From: a candidate division WOR-3 bacterium
Lineage (GTDB): Bacteria; Hydrothermota; Hydrothermia; LBFQ01; DSFT01
Length of the DNA stretch: 64,000 nucleotides
Assembly (NCBI GenBank): GCA_965649115.1
Contig: CBFGJN010000002.1
Span: forward strand, 987-64,986
Direction of reading: 5' to 3'
Position numbers and translations under genes: made by a program. Positions 38,258 through 47,389 of this stretch are shown piece by piece. Below the pieces are notes generated by a model. It worked only from the letters and a program-made list of their open reading frames with translations. It was not told the origin of the DNA and did not search any database. Every line of letters starts with the position of its first letter. Positions within the stretch are counted from its first letter, which is position 1.

Positions 38258-39193
38258 ATGATAGAGGTTTTAAAAGCATTTACATTAATTTTTGTGGTTT
38301 TAACAGGTGCCGCTTATATGGTTTGGCTTGAAAGGAGAGTTTCCGCTTGGATTCAAGATAGAATTGGACCAAATAGAGTTGGACCATTTGGTTTATTACA
38401 GCCACTTGTTGATGTCATTAAATTAATGTTTAAAGAAGAAATTGTTCCCATTACTGCTGAAAAATTTATTCATTTTCTTGCACCTGGTATTGTAATTGTT
38501 TGTGTTATAACTGCTACTGCAATAATTCCAATTGACCCTAACTTTATCATTACAAATCCTAAAATAGGGATTTTAATACTAATGGCTTTAAGTTCTTTAT
38601 CCGCTTATTCTGTAATTTTATCAGGTTTTGCTTCACTTACAAAATATCCAATTCTTGGAAGTTTGAGAGCTTCTGCACAAGTTGTTTCCTATGAAATTCC
38701 AATTGCTTTAAGTATATTGTCTATTGCTATAATGGCAAATAGTTTATCACTTGTTGATATTGTTAATGCTCAAAAGAATATCTGGTTTATCTTTATTCAA
38801 CCAATAGCTTTTATCGTTTATTTGATTTCTTCATTTGCTGAAACGAATAGAGCGCCCTTTGATTTACCAGAAGCTGAAAGTGAATTGGTTGGAGGTTATC
38901 ATACTGAATTTTCATCTATGAGATTTGCTTGGTTTTTTGCAGGTGAATATGCTCATATAATAATTTCATCTTCTATTATGACAACTTTATTTTTGGGAGG
39001 TTGGTATGGTCCTATTAAAAGTGGCTTTTGGTGGTTCTTCATAAAAGTTTTTATTCTTTGCTATATTTTTATTTGGGTTAGATGGACATTTCCAAGACTT
39101 AGATATGACCAACTTATGACTTTATCTTGGAAGTTTTTAATTCCAATATCATTAGTAAATCTTTTAATAACCGCTCTAATAAAAAGCTTATGA
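38258..39193 (+). CDS. NuoH/ND1-family membrane subunit (complex I subunit H or hydrogenase HycD/EchB homologue)
   Basis: LERRVSAWIQDRIGPNRVGPFGLLQP and AETNRAPFDLPEAESELVGGYHTEFS signatures. Confidence 0.8.
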   Translation: MIEVLKAFTLIFVVLTGAAYMVWLERRVSAWIQDRIGPNRVGPFGLLQPLVDVIKLMFKEEIVPITAEKFIHFLAPGIVIVCVITATAIIPIDPNFIITNPKIGILILMALSSLSAYSVILSGFASLTKYPILGSLRASAQVVSYEIPIALSILSIAIMANSLSLVDIVNAQKNIWFIFIQPIAFIVYLISSFAETNRAPFDLPEAESELVGGYHTEFSSMRFAWFFAGEYAHIIISSSIMTTLFLGGWYGPIKSGFWWFFIKVFILCYIFIWVRWTFPRLRYDQLMTLSWKFLIPISLVNLLITALIKSL

Positions 39194-39579
39194 TTAAGTT
39201 AAATATAAAGACAACATCAAAGGTTCAAATTATTGATATTACAAATGATGTTAAAAGTGCTATTAGTAATTTAAGTAAAAATGATGGAATTGTTTTAGTC
39301 TATGTTCCACATACAACTGCTGCTATTACAATAAATGAGAGTTATGACCCTATGGTTGGTGTAGATATTTTAGAATTTTTAAGTAAAATAGCTCCAAGTA
39401 ATTTAAAATACAAGCATCTTGAAGGCAATGCTGAAGCTCACATTAAGGCAAGTTTGATTGGTTCATCTGTAATGTTAATTTTGGAAAATGGAGAAATAAA
39501 AATGGGTAAATGGCAAGGTATATTATTTTGCGAATTTGATGGTCCAAGAAGTAGAGAAGTTTGGATAAAAGTTATTTAG
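39190..39579 (+). CDS. YjbQ/UPF0047 family protein (secondary thiamine-phosphate synthase-like)
   Basis: VPHTTAAITINESYDP...EGNAEAHIKASLIG..GKWQGI pattern. The start was moved to the internal ATG to avoid overlap. Confidence 0.75.
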   Translation: MIKLNIKTTSKVQIIDITNDVKSAISNLSKNDGIVLVYVPHTTAAITINESYDPMVGVDILEFLSKIAPSNLKYKHLEGNAEAHIKASLIGSSVMLILENGEIKMGKWQGILFCEFDGPRSREVWIKVI

Positions 39580-39717
39580 TAGCAGAAATAACCAATAACT
39601 TCAAAGCCCTCTCTGCTGAAAAATAGGCATATATTTGTCTAGTAACTTGTGAAAACTTAATGAAATTATTTATTTAATTTAGGGCTTTGCCCCATAGCCT
39701 GAAAATGGGTATTTATA

Positions 39718-39790
39718 AGTGGAAGGCTTAATATCAGGGCGGGGAAAATATAATAAAATAAATAGTTTTAGAATTACTAGACACAGCAAG
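39718..39790 (+). repeat. A-type module copy whose promoter-like end points into the 3' end of the convergent proline dehydrogenase gene
   Basis: GGGCGGGGAAAATATAATAAAATAAATAGTTTTAGAATTACTAGACACAGCA followed by a 17-bp spacer and TAAAAAT. Confidence 0.7.
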
Positions 39791-39816
39791 ACAAAACGGA
39801 TAAAAATCAATAATTT

Positions 39817-40713
39817 CTATTTAGAAAATATATTTTTTATTAAGAATCCAACATTAGCAGGTCTTTCCGCTAATCTTCTCATAAAATAAGGGTACCAGTG
39901 TGTTCCATAAGGAAGGTAAATAGCGGTTTTATAACCTTCATTTTTTAATTGTAAGAGCAAATCAAACTTTATACCATATAGCATTTGAAATTCAAATTTA
40001 TCTTTATTTATATTCATTTTTTTAACAAAGTTTATAATTTTCTCATCATGTGTAGCAATAAGTGTATAGTTTGATTTTTCAAGAAGTAGTTTTAAAATTT
40101 CAATATAATTTTTATCAACATCAATTTTTTTTTCATATGCTATCTCTTTTGGTTCTTTATATGCCCCTTTTACAAGTCTAATAATTGGATTATATTTTAA
40201 TAATTCAATAACATCGTTAAGACTTCTTTTTAAATAAGATTGAATTGCAATAGCTATTTTCTTATTTGGAAATTCAGTTTTTAATTTTTTATAAAAATCA
40301 ATTGTTATTTGTGTATATTTTGAACTCTCCATATCTATTTCTATAAAATTTGAAACTTTAACAAGTTCTTTAAGGTAATTATAAGCCATTTCTTTGTCAA
40401 TATCAAGGCCAATACTTGTTAATTTAACGGATATTGAATTTTCACCTTCTATATTCTTTAATATATTCATATATTCAAAAAACGTCTTTTCAGCTTCCTT
40501 TTTCTCCAAAACACTTTCACCAAGATAATCCAAAGTAACTCTTATATTAAGTTTATTTAATTTGTTTAAGATTTCAAGAGCGGAGCCTAAATCATAACCT
40601 GCCACAAATCTATCTACTAATTTTTTTGTAGTTTTAGAATTAATTAAAAATTTTTCAAAATTCTTATTATTTGAAAGTGATAAAAACAAATTCCTTAACA
40701 AACTATCAAACAC
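39817..40713 (-). CDS. Proline dehydrogenase (monofunctional PutA-like)
   Basis: C-terminal LPYGTHWYPYFMRRLAERPANVGF motif and (beta/alpha)8-compatible length. Confidence 0.7.
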   Translation of the reverse strand: MFDSLLRNLFLSLSNNKNFEKFLINSKTTKKLVDRFVAGYDLGSALEILNKLNKLNIRVTLDYLGESVLEKKEAEKTFFEYMNILKNIEGENSISVKLTSIGLDIDKEMAYNYLKELVKVSNFIEIDMESSKYTQITIDFYKKLKTEFPNKKIAIAIQSYLKRSLNDVIELLKYNPIIRLVKGAYKEPKEIAYEKKIDVDKNYIEILKLLLEKSNYTLIATHDEKIINFVKKMNINKDKFEFQMLYGIKFDLLLQLKNEGYKTAIYLPYGTHWYPYFMRRLAERPANVGFLIKNIFSK

Positions 40714-41966
40714 TAAAACTTTACCTCCTTTTCTATGTTTTCCGTTGGTAGGACTAAAATTGGAATTTCAATTGGGTTTTTTAATAAGTGGTTTGAAGAT
40801 TTATCTTTTATTTGAATTTTTAAGTTAATTACACCATAATAATTTTTGGGGGTTTGAAATTTAATGAAAAATTCATTATTTTTATAACTTGTTTCAAAAT
40901 TTATATTTGGATTGAAATTTATATCAAATAGAAAATCAAAATTGTTATTAAATTTTAGAATAACTTCACCATCACTTCCCGCTGAGACGAAAATCGGAAC
41001 ATAAATTTCAGTTAATTTTACATTAAATGTTTCATTCATTTGAATTTCTCTTTTAATTTTCTTACCATCTCTTATTTCATTTACAAGAAATAAAGAAAAA
41101 CTTTGAATTTCTGAAAATGCTTCATATAATTCTTCAAGCATTTCTTTTGCACTTGTAAATAATTCATCTTCCAATTCAAGCGCTTTTAAGATAAATTTTT
41201 CTAATTTTTTTGGAATATTTGGATTTAAATGACTTGGAAGTTCTATCTTATTAGATAGTTTTTCAGCATGAGTTTTGGCAATATCTTCTTCGTTATAAGG
41301 TGGTTTCCCTGTTAGCATATAATATAATAATGCTCCAACAGAATATAAATCAAGTTCGTATGGCGTAATATCTATTCCTCTTAAAACTCTTGGAGATATC
41401 CAAGTTGGTGCAGATAGAAATCCTGAAAGCTTCAATTTTCTTATTGCTTTTTGTGCAATATATCCAAGTCCAAAATCAGTAATTATTACATTATTATCTT
41501 TAAATCTTATATTTTCAGGTTTTAAGTTTTTATGAGCAATTCCATGGGAATGAACATAAACTAATGCATTTAAAATATCTTCTGTTATATGAAAAGCATC
41601 TTCCAAACTTAATTTTCCCTTTTTATTTATTAATGTTCTTAAATCCTCTGGCAAATAATCAATTACAAAATATAAAATTTTTCCATCCATTTCTTTATCA
41701 ATATCAAGTATCCAATTGATATTTGGATGACCTTCAAGCCCTGCTACTTGTCTTAATTGTTCTAAAACTTCAATAGCTGTTTCTTTTAAAATTTGGACAT
41801 CTTTTTGATCTCTAATAATATCAATCCTAAAAATTTTTATGATAACTTCTTTATTTAAAAATTGATGAATTCCTTTATAAACATGAAATAATGGACTTAC
41901 CGCTATTTCTTCTTTTAATAAATACTTTCCACTGAAAATTTTATTTGAAAATGGACTTTTTGTCAT
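40713..41966 (-). CDS. Hanks-type Ser/Thr protein kinase-like protein, predicted pseudokinase, with unknown C-terminal domain
   Basis: Subdomains VIIK, ITDFGLG and DLYSVG are present. The catalytic loop reads HKNLKPEN in place of HRDLKPEN, and the Gly-rich loop is degenerate. Overlaps the proline dehydrogenase gene by 1 nt. Confidence 0.7.
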   Translation of the reverse strand: MTKSPFSNKIFSGKYLLKEEIAVSPLFHVYKGIHQFLNKEVIIKIFRIDIIRDQKDVQILKETAIEVLEQLRQVAGLEGHPNINWILDIDKEMDGKILYFVIDYLPEDLRTLINKKGKLSLEDAFHITEDILNALVYVHSHGIAHKNLKPENIRFKDNNVIITDFGLGYIAQKAIRKLKLSGFLSAPTWISPRVLRGIDITPYELDLYSVGALLYYMLTGKPPYNEEDIAKTHAEKLSNKIELPSHLNPNIPKKLEKFILKALELEDELFTSAKEMLEELYEAFSEIQSFSLFLVNEIRDGKKIKREIQMNETFNVKLTEIYVPIFVSAGSDGEVILKFNNNFDFLFDINFNPNINFETSYKNNEFFIKFQTPKNYYGVINLKIQIKDKSSNHLLKNPIEIPILVLPTENIEKEVKF

Positions 41967-42032
41967 TTTTAAAATTTTAAAGGCTTTTTGTAAGTTATAT
42001 TTATTTCTATATTTTGCCCACCCGCCCTATAT

Positions 42033-43382
42033 TCAAGGCTTCGCCTTTAAAAAACCCCATCTATTGAAAGCAAACTTTTCCTTTATAAATTTATAAATTA
42101 AAAAGTTAGAAATGAGACCATGTCTTTTAGCTATTTCATATGCTCTTTTTTCCCAGCCTTTTATGATATATTTAGCAACTAAATCTTGTTTTCTGTGCTT
42201 AACAATTAGTTTTAAATCCTTATTTAAAATTGCTAAAAATGTAGGTTTTTTAATTTGTAAAATGAAATTTTTGGCTTCTTTTAATTTCCCTTCAATATAA
42301 AGAGCAAATGCTTTTGCCAACTTATAGTTATCATCATCAAATTCTCTATTTACAATATCAATTTCTATGGTTTTTATTTCCAATATAAATCTCAAGTGAT
42401 TCCCTTTTAAAAAGTAAGACAAAGCTTTTAAAATTTTAAAATAAATACTATCGTCTGAAATTCTTGAAAATTCTTCAAAATTTCCTAAGTGGAATTTTAG
42501 TTTTTCATCTTTAAATAATAAATGTGCTTTTTTAATATGTCCTAAACTTACAAGAATAGAATATATTAGTTTTGAAAGCTCACTATCTTTTAAATTTTTA
42601 TATGATTTAATCCACCTTGAAAAAATTGGAAATAGTTTCTTATAAACTTCACTATCATAATAAAGACTATTTAAAATCAATAATAAAATTGGTTTTTTAA
42701 TTTGCTCTGGGAGTTTTAAAAATTCATTTAAATGCCTTTTAAAAATTTTTTTTATTTCATTATAATTACCAGATGCTCTTAAAAACATAATTTCAGGAAT
42801 AAATAAACTATAATATGTTAAAAGAAATTTTCTTTTTAATGCTAATTCTTTGTATTCCCTTATTTTATAAATCATTTCCTTGGTTGTTATTAAAATTGTT
42901 TTAGAATGGAAAATTTTTGAATAAATATAAGAAAATTTATAAACTACTAGATTGATGGGCAGTAAATTATCAGGAAGTTTCAATAAAATATCATAATCTT
43001 TTTCACTTGAAGGAATAAAGTGTTTTAAAAATTTTTTTAGATTTTTCAAATCATTTTTTTCAAATAAATAATGAACAAGTTGATTTATCTGCTTATTTTC
43101 TTTAAATCCATAAATATCATAAAGTGAAAGTTTAGAATAAATAGTAGAAATTGGCATTTTAAAAATTTTTGACAAATCTTTTAGATTTAAAAATGGGTTT
43201 TTCTCAAAGTAAATATAAATTTTATATGCTTCTTTGTCATATTCAAAAAAATTATTCTTTCTTTTAATTCTTGAAATTGTTGCTGGACTTAAATTTAAAA
43301 TTCTTGATATTTCTCTTATTTTAATCCCCTTTTTTATCATTTCATAAGCTTTAAACTTCTTTATAATATCGGTTTGTTTCAT
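42033..43382 (-). CDS. HTH-domain protein with long helical/TPR-like C-terminal region
   Basis: N-terminal HTH (IREISRILNLSPATISRIKRK). The start was set at the Met preceded by TTTATAATTTTCAATATT. Confidence 0.4.
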   Translation of the reverse strand: MKQTDIIKKFKAYEMIKKGIKIREISRILNLSPATISRIKRKNNFFEYDKEAYKIYIYFEKNPFLNLKDLSKIFKMPISTIYSKLSLYDIYGFKENKQINQLVHYLFEKNDLKNLKKFLKHFIPSSEKDYDILLKLPDNLLPINLVVYKFSYIYSKIFHSKTILITTKEMIYKIREYKELALKRKFLLTYYSLFIPEIMFLRASGNYNEIKKIFKRHLNEFLKLPEQIKKPILLLILNSLYYDSEVYKKLFPIFSRWIKSYKNLKDSELSKLIYSILVSLGHIKKAHLLFKDEKLKFHLGNFEEFSRISDDSIYFKILKALSYFLKGNHLRFILEIKTIEIDIVNREFDDDNYKLAKAFALYIEGKLKEAKNFILQIKKPTFLAILNKDLKLIVKHRKQDLVAKYIIKGWEKRAYEIAKRHGLISNFLIYKFIKEKFAFNRWGFLKAKP

Positions 43383-43498
43383 AATATTGAAAATTATAAA
43401 GTAAAGTGATAATAGCATTTTTAGACTTTTTGAAATAATAATAAATACTAGTGTTTCAATTGCCTAATAAAAATTGATTATTGTCTTAAAATTCTAAT

Positions 43499-45391
43499 AT
43501 GCTTTTGATAACTTTTAGTGCTCTATTTTATAGAGAGTTGAATTTTCAAGGGATTTTTAATTATGTTACAAGCTTAGTCCCTCTTCCAAATGGAAATTAC
43601 ATTCTTGTAATGCATGGACCTTGGCCCAATGGTTGGAATGGGAATTTGGAGTATAATACACTTGTTAAACTTGATAGCCTTGGTAATGTTATAAGTCATA
43701 AAGCTTTCGGTATAAATAGTTCAAGTACAAGATTTCTTGAAATTCTTAAATTGCTTCCAATAAATAATTATCAAAGAATAGTTGGATTTGGTTATGTAAA
43801 TTTTGATAATGCTACTATTTATGGTTCTGATCCTCTTTATATGATATTTGATACAAACTTAAATCCTATTGCTCTATACAATTTACAAAGTACATCAGAT
43901 AGACATGGTTTAGGATTTGATGCCTTTATTCTTTCAGATGGAAAGCTTTTTGGATGGGGATGGGGAACAAGTCCAAGTGGTTCTTTTTATGCTTTTCATG
44001 GTGCTTTCTTTACAAGTATAAATATAGGCTCAGATGTGAATTACTTTTGGACAGGTCCAGCTAATGTTAATAGTAATCTATTGTTTTCAGGAGTAAGAGG
44101 AGAGGTTAGAAATGATACATTTATATTTTACTTAGAACTTAATCAATTTGCCTATGATAGACTCCATCCTTATTTTACTCAAAATAGAGGAAAGTTTAAT
44201 TTGTTTTTCTTTAATACACAAAATCCTTACAATTATTGGGCAAAATCTTATAGGGTTAGTATCTTTTCAGATTATTTAAAAGAGTGGATAGGTGGTTATT
44301 TGCCGGTTAGGACTTCTACTGATCCGGAATGGAACGCTGTTTTAGCAGGTGATATAAATAATAATCTAATTAATGGTTCTAGTGTTGATATTCTTCCTGA
44401 AAGTAATGGTTTTCTTGTTGTTGCAAATGGTGGATTATGGTACGATTCAACTCGGTGTAGGAGCCCGATGATGGGTTGGAGTTATGATTGGGTATTTTAT
44501 AAACAGGATAGGATTTTTATAATTAAATTTGATGCTAATGGGAATTTACTATGGGCTAAAAGATTGGTTTTTCCAGGATTGAACTGGACAAGAGGTGGGG
44601 CTAGAAGGTCAGTATGTCGCACAATTACTGATTCTCTTATCTACACTAATTACTTAAATCATCAAATTAAAATTATTGGTGTTGTGAAGTTTGATGATAG
44701 TTATATTATTGGAGGGATAAGGATTATTGATAGTACTTGTAATACCATAAGATTAGGAAATAATTATTATTGTCAAGGACAACCTAAAAGAATATTTTCA
44801 AAACCATTCTTGATAAAAGTAGATACACTTGGTAATTTTAAATGGGGCTATTATTATGATATTCCGAATCCTTCATATCCATTTTTCTTTATTCATGAAA
44901 ACTTAAATAGAGCTATCGTAAAGGATTTCAATAATAATATTATAATGTTTGGAACAATAAATGATGGTGGTGTTTATGAGGAGGTTTCTGGTGTTGTAAT
45001 AAAGTTTGATAGTGCTGGTAATAGTTGCTTAAATAGAACACCATTTACTTTAAATACTGAACTTGTTGATTGGGCTGCTGATGATCCAAGTGGATATTAT
45101 GGTATAGGTCCTTGGGGTTTTACACATGATGGTTGGGCAGTTTCAGTTATGACAGGACTTTCATTTAGTGGTTTAAGTTGTATTATAACACCCCTTTTAA
45201 ATTCTGAAAATTATAAAAACTGCTTTGAGATTAGAAAAAATAAAATTGTATTCAAAACAAATATTTACTATAAAATATATTCTATTGATGGTAAGCTGAT
45301 TACAAGTGATAATTCAAAAGAAGTTAATCTAAAAGAAGGTGCTTATTTAATTGAAATAAGAAATAGGAGAGTAAAAGTTATTGTTCCCTAA
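43499..45391 (+). CDS. Large secreted hypothetical protein with T9SS-type C-terminal domain-like tail
   Basis: N-terminal signal-like segment and C-terminal beta-rich tail (KIYSIDGKLITSDNSKEVNLKEGAYLIEIRNRRVKVIVP). Preceded by CTTAAAATTCTAAT. Confidence 0.5.
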   Translation: MLLITFSALFYRELNFQGIFNYVTSLVPLPNGNYILVMHGPWPNGWNGNLEYNTLVKLDSLGNVISHKAFGINSSSTRFLEILKLLPINNYQRIVGFGYVNFDNATIYGSDPLYMIFDTNLNPIALYNLQSTSDRHGLGFDAFILSDGKLFGWGWGTSPSGSFYAFHGAFFTSINIGSDVNYFWTGPANVNSNLLFSGVRGEVRNDTFIFYLELNQFAYDRLHPYFTQNRGKFNLFFFNTQNPYNYWAKSYRVSIFSDYLKEWIGGYLPVRTSTDPEWNAVLAGDINNNLINGSSVDILPESNGFLVVANGGLWYDSTRCRSPMMGWSYDWVFYKQDRIFIIKFDANGNLLWAKRLVFPGLNWTRGGARRSVCRTITDSLIYTNYLNHQIKIIGVVKFDDSYIIGGIRIIDSTCNTIRLGNNYYCQGQPKRIFSKPFLIKVDTLGNFKWGYYYDIPNPSYPFFFIHENLNRAIVKDFNNNIIMFGTINDGGVYEEVSGVVIKFDSAGNSCLNRTPFTLNTELVDWAADDPSGYYGIGPWGFTHDGWAVSVMTGLSFSGLSCIITPLLNSENYKNCFEIRKNKIVFKTNIYYKIYSIDGKLITSDNSKEVNLKEGAYLIEIRNRRVKVIVP

Positions 45392-45392
45392 T

Positions 45393-46367
45393 CTAGTTCC
45401 TTGATTTTAAACTATCTTTAATTTTTTCAATTAGCTTTTCTAAATTTATTCTTTCTTTTGCTGAAATTTTAATAACTTCATTTCCTTCAACTTCATTTGG
45501 AATTTCATTTTCATTTACAATATCAATTTTATTTATAACAATTAAAAATGGTTTTTCAAGAATTTTTGGATTATATTTAATTATTTCATTTTTTAACTTA
45601 TGGAATTGCTCTTCAATTGAGGTTTGCGTTGGGTCTAATAAAAATATAATCATTTTAACTCTTTCAATATGTCTTAAAAATTCAATTCCAAGGCCCTTTC
45701 CTTCACTTGCTCCTTCAATAATTCCTGGAATATCTATAATTGTAATTCTGTTATAATAATCATCATAAATAACACCTAAATTTGGAATTATTGTAGTAAA
45801 TGGATAATCACCAATTTTGCTTTTAGCATTTGTTATAGCATTTAAAAGTGTTGATTTGCCTGCGTTAGGAAATCCAACAATTCCAACATCAGCAATTGTT
45901 TTGAGTTCTAATTTTAATTTTAATTTTACTCCCATTTCTCCTTTTTCAGCTATTTGAGGTGTTCTGTTTTCTGGTGTCTTAAAAGCACTGTTCCCTCTTC
46001 CACCTTTTCCGCCTTTCGCAATTAGAATTTTTTGATTGTGATATAAAATTTCACCAATTTTTTCATTTGTTTCTCTATTATAGATAACTGTTCCAATTGG
46101 AACTTTTATGTAAATATCTTTTCCCCTTTTTCCTTTCATATTTTTTGGCTTTCCGTTTTCACCATCACCAGCTTTAAAATAACTTTTCTTTCTAAAATGT
46201 AATAATGATGTTAAGCTCTCATCGCCAACAATATAAACATTTCCTCCATCTCCTCCATCTCCCCCATCAGGGCCTCCTCTTGGGACATATTTTTCTCTTC
46301 TAAAATGAACTATTCCATCTCCACCCTTTCCAGATTCTACAATTATATAAGCAATATCATAACTCAT
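45393..46367 (-). CDS. obg: GTPase Obg/CgtA
   Basis: Obg fold N-terminus with Gly-rich GPDGGDGGDGG and G-domain GFPNAGKST. Confidence 0.9.
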   Translation of the reverse strand: MSYDIAYIIVESGKGGDGIVHFRREKYVPRGGPDGGDGGDGGNVYIVGDESLTSLLHFRKKSYFKAGDGENGKPKNMKGKRGKDIYIKVPIGTVIYNRETNEKIGEILYHNQKILIAKGGKGGRGNSAFKTPENRTPQIAEKGEMGVKLKLKLELKTIADVGIVGFPNAGKSTLLNAITNAKSKIGDYPFTTIIPNLGVIYDDYYNRITIIDIPGIIEGASEGKGLGIEFLRHIERVKMIIFLLDPTQTSIEEQFHKLKNEIIKYNPKILEKPFLIVINKIDIVNENEIPNEVEGNEVIKISAKERINLEKLIEKIKDSLKSRN

Positions 46368-46903
46368 AGAAATAAACTATAAAATTTTTTTGGTTCAATG
46401 ATTTCAATTCCTAAATCCATGGCTAATTTAATCTGTCCTTCATCAGCTGTTGATAATATAGCTTTTTGCTCAATAGCAAGTAAAATCGTATCTACATCTT
46501 CTTTTGAATCAACAATTCCTTCCCTCATAACCCTTCTATAATTTTCTCTCAAATATTTTATTGCTTCATCTTTGTTTTCAAATTCTCTAACAGCTTTTTC
46601 ACTAACTCTTAAACCTCTATTTATTCTATCTCTCATTTCTGATAAAAAATTATATAGAACAATTCCAGGGATTTTTACTTTATATCTATTTGGTGTTTTA
46701 ACTCTGAAAAATTTTTGAAAAAGGTCGGGAATTTTTATAAATGTTGAAATTTCACTTAATGTACTTGGTGTTAAATAAACTTTAATTTCTTTATTATTTT
46801 TAAGCTTTTCAATTAACCAGTTTAATGCGCCTTCTATTGAATTTGAAATTTCCTTAAAGCTATAAGGGTTTGTTATGACACTTGTATCTATTACAATTTT
46901 CAT
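46364..46903 (-). CDS. PIN-like domain protein
   Basis: IVIDTSV N-terminus and a late acidic TADEG region. Weak assignment. Confidence 0.35.
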   Translation of the reverse strand: MKIVIDTSVITNPYSFKEISNSIEGALNWLIEKLKNNKEIKVYLTPSTLSEISTFIKIPDLFQKFFRVKTPNRYKVKIPGIVLYNFLSEMRDRINRGLRVSEKAVREFENKDEAIKYLRENYRRVMREGIVDSKEDVDTILLAIEQKAILSTADEGQIKLAMDLGIEIIEPKKFYSLFL

Positions 46904-47313
46904 TAATTATAAGCACAATTATTTGCATATATTTCAACATTTTGAAATACTTTTAAATTTACTTTAAATGTATCAGGTGTTTGTCCCTGACAGAAGTAGG
47001 ACCTAGTTTCCTTTATTCCATTAACTTTAACTGAAAATTTCACAATTCCATTTTCATGACCACTTGGAATACCTATTTTGATTGTATCAAATGTTATTAC
47101 TTTTGAATTTGAGCTTTTCGTAGGACCACTTATTGTTAGGTTTCCATCATAAGTCGCATATATTGTCCAATTTTGAACAGTTTGCATAGAAGAATCAACA
47201 TATATTTTTCCAGAAACTTTTAAACTATCAACAATAATAATTTCTTCACTTTTTTTTGGACCTGATGAACAAGCAATTAAAATAATAGTAATAATAGGGA
47301 ATAAAAATCTCAT
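46903..47313 (-). CDS. Hypothetical lipoprotein
   Basis: Signal peptide with lipobox LIACSS. The ATG lies 2 nt downstream of the tRNA-Lys 3' end. Confidence 0.45.
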   Translation of the reverse strand: MRFLFPIITIILIACSSGPKKSEEIIIVDSLKVSGKIYVDSSMQTVQNWTIYATYDGNLTISGPTKSSNSKVITFDTIKIGIPSGHENGIVKFSVKVNGIKETRSYFCQGQTPDTFKVNLKVFQNVEIYANNCAYN

Positions 47314-47315
47314 AA

Positions 47316-47389
47316 TGGGCCCGCCGGGATTCGAACCCGGGACCCCTGGATTAAAAATCCAGTGCTCTAACCAACTGAGCTACGGGCCC
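47316..47389 (-). tRNA. tRNA-Lys (anticodon TTT)
   Basis: Hand-folded. Acceptor GGGCCCG/CGGGCCC, D-arm GCTCAGTTGGTTAGAGC, anticodon loop TTTTTAA, T-arm CCGGG-TTCGAAT-CCCGG, discriminator A. Confidence 0.9.

Noticed and set aside
42112-42300. ORF 42112..42300 (+) and ORF 49522..49731 (-)
   Set aside because: They run through repeat modules or antisense to real genes and have no coding features.
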